From Candidatus Andersenbacteria bacterium RIFCSPHIGHO2_02_FULL_45_11 (GTDB lineage Bacteria > Patescibacteriota > Andersenbacteria > UBA10190), in NCBI GenBank assembly GCA_001817055.1, contig MHHP01000021.1, positions 1 through 36,016 on the forward strand: a stretch of 36,016 nucleotides of DNA. Direction: 5' to 3'. Positions 31,867 through 36,016 of the stretch are shown one piece after another (positions within the stretch are counted from its first letter, which is position 1; each line of letters begins with the position of its first letter). Under the pieces are notes generated by a model that did no database searches, was not told the DNA's origin, and saw only the letters and a program-made list of their open reading frames with translations. Made by a program: the position numbers and the translations under genes.

Positions 31867-32932
31867 AGAGCTTGCAGAAGTTTCGGATGCATCTGCCTTA
31901 GAGGCATGGCGCGTTTTATATATCGGGCGAAAGGGAAAACTCCCTGAGCTGCTTCGTGGTGTTAAGGATTTAGGCGATGAAGAAAAGAGAGTGATTGGTA
32001 AAGCGGCGAATATATTAAAGAGAACACTTGAAGAAGCATATTCTGTAAAACAAGAGTCGTTTATCGCATCCGCACCTAATAAGCTAATGAAAGCCCTGCC
32101 TGCCGGCAGGCAGGTACAAGCTAACGAAGCTAGCGTAGGCCATTTGCATCCGATCACACTTACGATTGAACGTGTGCAAAATATTTTTGCGGCTATGGGC
32201 TTCATTATCGCCGATGGCCCGGAAGTGGAAGAGGCAAGATATAACTTTGATGCACTAAATATTCCGTCAGATCATCCTGCTCGTGGAGAAGGGGATACGT
32301 TTATGATTGATCCTAAGAGTGTGAGTGGGGAACAGGATGTAGTGCTGCGTACGCAAACATCGCCGATGCAGATCCGATCCGTGGAAACGATGCGCCTCAC
32401 CCCGCCATTTTATGTAATTGCTCCAGGCCGAGTATATCTAAGGGAAAAAGTAGATGCAACACACGAATCAACGTTTTATCAATTTGAGGGCTTAGGAATA
32501 GGGGAGGATATAACAATTGCAGATTTTAAGGGGGTTATTGCTGCATTCTTTTCTACATTCTTTCAAAAAGACGTAACCGTGCGTCTACGTCCTTCATACT
32601 TTCCGTTTGTCGAGCCTGGATTTGAAGTTGATATGAGTTGCGTTTTTTGTGCTCAAAAAGGGTGCAGGGTTTGTAAGTACACAGGTTGGATTGAAGTAAT
32701 GGGTGCTGGCATGGTACATCCGAACGTACTCAAAAATATGAATATTGATCCAACGAAGTATCAGGGCTTCGCCTTCGGTGGCGCTATTGATCGGCTTACA
32801 ATGATCCGACATGGTATTAACGATATTAGGATGTTTTGGAGTGGAGATATTAGGTTTTTACGACAGTTCTCGAACTGTCATTCCGGCCCCCGAGCCGGAA
32901 TCCACGTGGATGCCGGATCAAGTCCGGCATGA
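31817..32932 (+). CDS. pheS: Phenylalanine--tRNA ligase alpha subunit, with a repeat-derived C-terminal extension
   Basis: HPARGEGDTF, RTQTSPMQIR, FRPSYFPFVEPG and GAGMVHPNVL class II motifs. The conserved end ..GDIRFLRQF is followed by 20 extra codons (SNCHSGPRAGIHVDAGSSPA) and a stop from a palindromic element. An alternative ATG lies at 31826. Confidence 0.9.
   Translation: MTDMEQQLEDLQKQANKELAEVSDASALEAWRVLYIGRKGKLPELLRGVKDLGDEEKRVIGKAANILKRTLEEAYSVKQESFIASAPNKLMKALPAGRQVQANEASVGHLHPITLTIERVQNIFAAMGFIIADGPEVEEARYNFDALNIPSDHPARGEGDTFMIDPKSVSGEQDVVLRTQTSPMQIRSVETMRLTPPFYVIAPGRVYLREKVDATHESTFYQFEGLGIGEDITIADFKGVIAAFFSTFFQKDVTVRLRPSYFPFVEPGFEVDMSCVFCAQKGCRVCKYTGWIEVMGAGMVHPNVLKNMNIDPTKYQGFAFGGAIDRLTMIRHGINDIRMFWSGDIRFLRQFSNCHSGPRAGIHVDAGSSPA
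32095..32114. repeat. Perfect 20-bp palindrome cctgcctgccggcaggcagg inside pheS
   Basis: Identical to 8795-8814 (a module of repeat B1). A 16-bp version lies at 14288-14303. Here it is translated as (A)LPAGRQV. Confidence 0.85.
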
Positions 32933-32936
32933 CAAG
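32875..32936. repeat. Nested palindromic element (family D) at the pheS-pheT junction
   Basis: tgtcat-tccggc-ccccga-gccgga-atccacgtggat-gccgga-tcaagt-ccggc-atgaca. The outer stem is tgtcat/atgaca, enclosing two inner hairpins and a central 12-bp palindrome. It supplies the pheS stop (32930-32932). Confidence 0.8.
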
Positions 32937-32944
32937 CTGTTACT

Positions 32945-34789
32945 ATGAAATTCTCGTACCAAAAAATTAAAAAAATAATTCCAAGCCTCACACTATCTCC
33001 AAAAGAGTTGGCAGAGCTTCTTACCATGCATGCGTTTGAAACTGTTGTTGATCGCGAGTACGTAATAGATCCAAGCATGACGGTTGTAAAAATTCTCAAG
33101 CTCGATCCTCATCCAAACGCAGACCGTCTTCGTCTTGCAACAGTAACCGACGGAACGAACGAAATCCGAGTTGTATGTGGTGCGCTAAACATTGAAGTGG
33201 GGCAGATTGTCCCGTACGCACCTCCGGGAGCACGTGTGTATGATGAGCACGGTGAATTATTTACCTTGAAAGAAGCAGTGATTCGAGGAGAGACAAGCCC
33301 CGGAATGTTAAATTCTGTCCGAGAACTAGGGATATCAGACGATCATGGCGGAATCCTGATTCTTCCCGAAGATACCCTCATTGGGTCAAAGCTTGCTCTG
33401 CATATTCCAAGCGATACGATATTTGACGCTGATGTGCTACCTGATCGCGCGCACGATGTGCAATCAGAAGAAGATATTGCGCACGAAATCGCAGCACTTC
33501 TTGGGCTTGCAAAATCATCTGACCGAAAGATGGGTACGCACACAATTGCTTTTAATCCAGATAGTCCAAGTAAAATTGCGGGGGTAAACATTTCTCATGA
33601 AGAAGTGCGGGATATTTTGGAACGATTAGGGTTTATAATCTCTCCCCCTGCCCGAGGGGGAGCTGGAGGGGGTGGGAGTGGCGACGTGTGGTCTGTGACC
33701 GTCCCGTCTGCGCGCCCTGATGTGCTGGGCGAGCATAATTTGGTTGATGAAGTTGTTCGCGTGCACGGACTTGATGCAATTCCACCGTCTACAATGGATT
33801 TCTCAAAGCCATTACCCGTATCACCATCAGTATATTGGATTGGACTCATTCGTCGCACACTTGCAGAATCAGGATTTACAGAAACGTATAGCTATTCGTT
33901 TGAAGATGAACGATTTGCGAAATTGGTGAACACAGAAATTCATCCGCACGTTGAGCTTTCAAACCCTATGGCACCGGAGCTGAAGAATCTCAGGTACTCG
34001 ATGCTGCCAGGGCTAATTTCTGCAATGGTGAAAAGTCGAGATGACATTCATCGGACAAAGAAAAATCAGGAGAGGGCCCTGTTTGAAATAGGGCGTGTAT
34101 ATCATCGGGGCGATGAGGGTGTAGTGCCTGGTATTATTGAGCGGCCTGTTATCGCAGGCATCGCGGTAGGGGATGAGGTAACACTACAAAATATCGTTGA
34201 TCGCATTCGAGAATTGTTTCAGATAGAAGCGCTCACTGTTATTCCTGCAGAAAAGCCATTTGCGAAATACAGTCTTTTGAAATACGCGGATGAATTTTTC
34301 GGTATTGGATATATATTCAGCAATGAACTCCTGAAAAAGATGAAATACAGAATGCCGGTCATTGCGTTTGAAATAAGTTTCAACGCGCTCATGAAGCATG
34401 CGCCAGATGTGGAAATTCCTGTGCGGACACTGGACGAGATTCGAAATACACTAGAAACTCCCGCGCAATTCGTCGAACTGCCAAAATATCCAAGCGTATT
34501 TCGAGATATATCAATGCTCGTACGTCCGGAAGTAACCGTCGAGCAAGTCCAAGAAATTATTGAGCGTATTGGAAAAGGGTTAGTCGTAGACGTGGATCTC
34601 TTTGATGAATTTACGCCTCTCCCCCTGCCCGAGGGGGAGCTGGAGGGGGTGGGAGTGGCGCGAAAATCTCTGGCGTTTCATATTGAATATAGATCTTCAG
34701 AAAAAACCCTTACCGATACAGAAATAGCAGAATTGCACTCAAAAATCGAACACGCCCTCAAGAAAGAATGTAACGCCGAAATACGGTAA
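32945..34789 (+). CDS. pheT: Phenylalanine--tRNA ligase beta subunit (short form, B3/B4 editing domain missing, two repeat inserts)
   Basis: tRNA-binding (EMAP-like) domain DPHPNADRLRL..VVCGA, B5 domain (VTVPSARPDV..LVDEVVRVHGLD), B6/7, and a C-terminal FDX-ACB domain (KYPSVFRDIS...KSLAFHIEY). It is 614 aa, against about 795 aa in E. coli. Confidence 0.9.
   Translation: MKFSYQKIKKIIPSLTLSPKELAELLTMHAFETVVDREYVIDPSMTVVKILKLDPHPNADRLRLATVTDGTNEIRVVCGALNIEVGQIVPYAPPGARVYDEHGELFTLKEAVIRGETSPGMLNSVRELGISDDHGGILILPEDTLIGSKLALHIPSDTIFDADVLPDRAHDVQSEEDIAHEIAALLGLAKSSDRKMGTHTIAFNPDSPSKIAGVNISHEEVRDILERLGFIISPPARGGAGGGGSGDVWSVTVPSARPDVLGEHNLVDEVVRVHGLDAIPPSTMDFSKPLPVSPSVYWIGLIRRTLAESGFTETYSYSFEDERFAKLVNTEIHPHVELSNPMAPELKNLRYSMLPGLISAMVKSRDDIHRTKKNQERALFEIGRVYHRGDEGVVPGIIERPVIAGIAVGDEVTLQNIVDRIRELFQIEALTVIPAEKPFAKYSLLKYADEFFGIGYIFSNELLKKMKYRMPVIAFEISFNALMKHAPDVEIPVRTLDEIRNTLETPAQFVELPKYPSVFRDISMLVRPEVTVEQVQEIIERIGKGLVVDVDLFDEFTPLPLPEGELEGVGVARKSLAFHIEYRSSEKTLTDTEIAELHSKIEHALKKECNAEIR
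33641..33683 (+). repeat. GC-rich hairpin repeat, family C, copy 1 in pheT
   Basis: tctccccctgcccgagggggagctggagggggtgggagtggcg, with hairpin ctccccct-gccc-gagggggag. It is translated as SPPARGGAGGGGSG. Confidence 0.9.
34618..34660 (+). repeat. GC-rich hairpin repeat, family C, copy 2 in pheT
   Basis: 43 bp identical to 33641-33683, but read in a different frame as LPLPEGELEGVGVA. Confidence 0.9.
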
Positions 34790-34840
34790 AAAGGCCTGGC
34801 GTTTAGGCTGGTTTCCTGCTACTGTAGCTAAATATTCTCT

Positions 34841-36016
34841 ATGGCTAAAGCATCTAAAAAATCAGCAGCTTCTTCATACGGCGCATCAGCAATCACAGTA
34901 TTAGAGGGGTTGGAACCTGTCCGAAAGCGCCCGGGAATGTATATTGGTGGTACGGGGCTGGATGGCTTGCACCACCTTATTTGGGAAGTTGTAGACAACT
35001 GTATCGACGAAGCCATGGGCGGCCATGCTAATCGGGTGGATGTGCGCTTAATGCCTGATAACGTCATTTCCGTACAAGATAACGGCCGTGGTATCCCTGT
35101 TGAAAAGCATCCTAAAACGAAAAAGTCTACACTGGAAACTGTACTTACAGTTCTGCATGCCGGAGGTAAATTCGGTGGAGAAGGGTACAAGGTATCTGGT
35201 GGTCTGCATGGAGTGGGTGTTTCTGTAGTAAACGCTTTGTCTGAATGGCTGACTGCAGAAGTAGAGCGAGATGGTGGAAAGTTTACGCAATCATTTAAGC
35301 GTGGTGCTGCTCAGGGCGATGTAAAAAAGCTTGGTACATCTAAGAAAACAGGAACAACTATTACCTTTAAGGCCGATAAAGAAATCTTTCAAGAAATCGA
35401 CTATAGCTGGACTAAGATTCTCCAGCACTTGCGCCAGCAGTCCTACTTAACTCCTGGGGTCCGTGTTCAAATTACAGACGAACGAGATTCTGGAAAAGTA
35501 CATTCGTATACATTCTATTTCGAAGGAGGAATTGCTTCGTATGTACATCAGCTCAATCTTGGAAAAGATGTAAAAAATGAAGATATTTTTTACACAAAGC
35601 GCGAGTTTGAGGACGATAATATGGTTGAGATTGCGTTGCAGTATACCGATGCATATACCGAATCTATCTTAACGTTTGCGAACAATATTCATACAACAGA
35701 GGGCGGAACTCATTTGACTGGATTTAAGACAGCGCTTACTCGCACTATTAATGAATACGCACGCAAGAATGGGTTTTTAAAAGAAAAGAAAGATGAAAAT
35801 CTCACTGCAGAAGACGTGAACGAGGGCTTAACTGCAATCATTAGCGTAAAGCTCCGTGACCCTCAATTTGAAGGCCAAACAAAAGCGAAGCTAGGGACGC
35901 AAGAAATGCGCGGATACGTAAATCAGGTTATGGGCGATGGGTTTGCAATGTATTTGGAAGAGAACCCTCGCGATGCGCGCGCGATCATTGAAAAGGTTGC
36001 ACTTGCAGCGAAGGCT
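34841..36016 (+). CDS. gyrB: DNA gyrase subunit B (N-terminal 392 codons; continues past the window end)
   Basis: An open frame from ATG 34841 to the window end reads ITVLEGLEPVRKRPGMYIGGTG..LHHLIWEVVDNCIDEA..DNGRGIPV..LHAGGKF...YKVSGGLHGVGVSVVNALS (GHKL ATPase). It is absent from the ORF track because no stop is reached. Confidence 0.95.
   Translation, partial: MAKASKKSAASSYGASAITVLEGLEPVRKRPGMYIGGTGLDGLHHLIWEVVDNCIDEAMGGHANRVDVRLMPDNVISVQDNGRGIPVEKHPKTKKSTLETVLTVLHAGGKFGGEGYKVSGGLHGVGVSVVNALSEWLTAEVERDGGKFTQSFKRGAAQGDVKKLGTSKKTGTTITFKADKEIFQEIDYSWTKILQHLRQQSYLTPGVRVQITDERDSGKVHSYTFYFEGGIASYVHQLNLGKDVKNEDIFYTKREFEDDNMVEIALQYTDAYTESILTFANNIHTTEGGTHLTGFKTALTRTINEYARKNGFLKEKKDENLTAEDVNEGLTAIISVKLRDPQFEGQTKAKLGTQEMRGYVNQVMGDGFAMYLEENPRDARAIIEKVALAAKA

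Noticed and set aside
1-36016. Alternative genetic code (UGA recoding, as in some candidate phyla).
   Set aside because: Conserved genes (pilB, ligA, gatA, pheT and others) are full-length without in-frame TGA. Several conserved genes end at TGA where homologs end, for example gatC and comFC. pheS also stops at TGA, although that stop is repeat-derived.

Overview
36-kb chromosomal window with tightly packed genes, read with the standard genetic code (TGA, TAA and TAG all terminate otherwise intact conserved genes). All CDS coordinates include the stop codon. No searches were run: every call rests on motifs read from the translations and on structure seen in the DNA.

Gene content, left to right:
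- The tail of an IS30-family element, abutting a truncated dihydroorotase (pyrC) fragment.
- A DHODH-like flavoprotein and a DedA membrane protein.
- A 4-gene glycan cluster: GT4, GH130, GT4 and an unknown protein.
- purC, a SpoT/Mesh1-like HD hydrolase, comFC, clpC, an orphan 151-aa protein, recX, htpX and lemA.
- A complete secretin-less type IV pilus locus: pilM, pilN, pilO, a small TM protein, pilB, a stand-alone receiver, pilT, pilC, a major pilin, pilD and four minor pilins.
- ligA, gatC, gatA and gpmI.
- Three tRNAs: initiator-like Met, elongator Met/CAT and Asp.
- pheS, pheT and the 5' part of gyrB.

The content suggests a small-genome, monoderm-like bacterium, plausibly Patescibacteria/CPR. 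This is an inference only.

Most notable observations:
1. At least 13 copies of a superfamily of GC-rich hairpin or palindromic repeats (CTCCCC(C)...GGGG(G)AG stems). They lie in intergenic spacers and also in frame inside conserved genes: pheT twice, pheS twice, htpX, pilD, and the leader regions of three minor pilin genes. This resembles Rickettsia palindromic elements.
2. Most transcription units look leaderless, with a -10 box 6-9 nt upstream of the ATG and divergent start codons only 22-42 bp apart.
3. An initiator-like tRNA with unusual D and T loops ends 1 nt before the gpmI start codon.
4. PheT lacks the B3/B4 editing domain.
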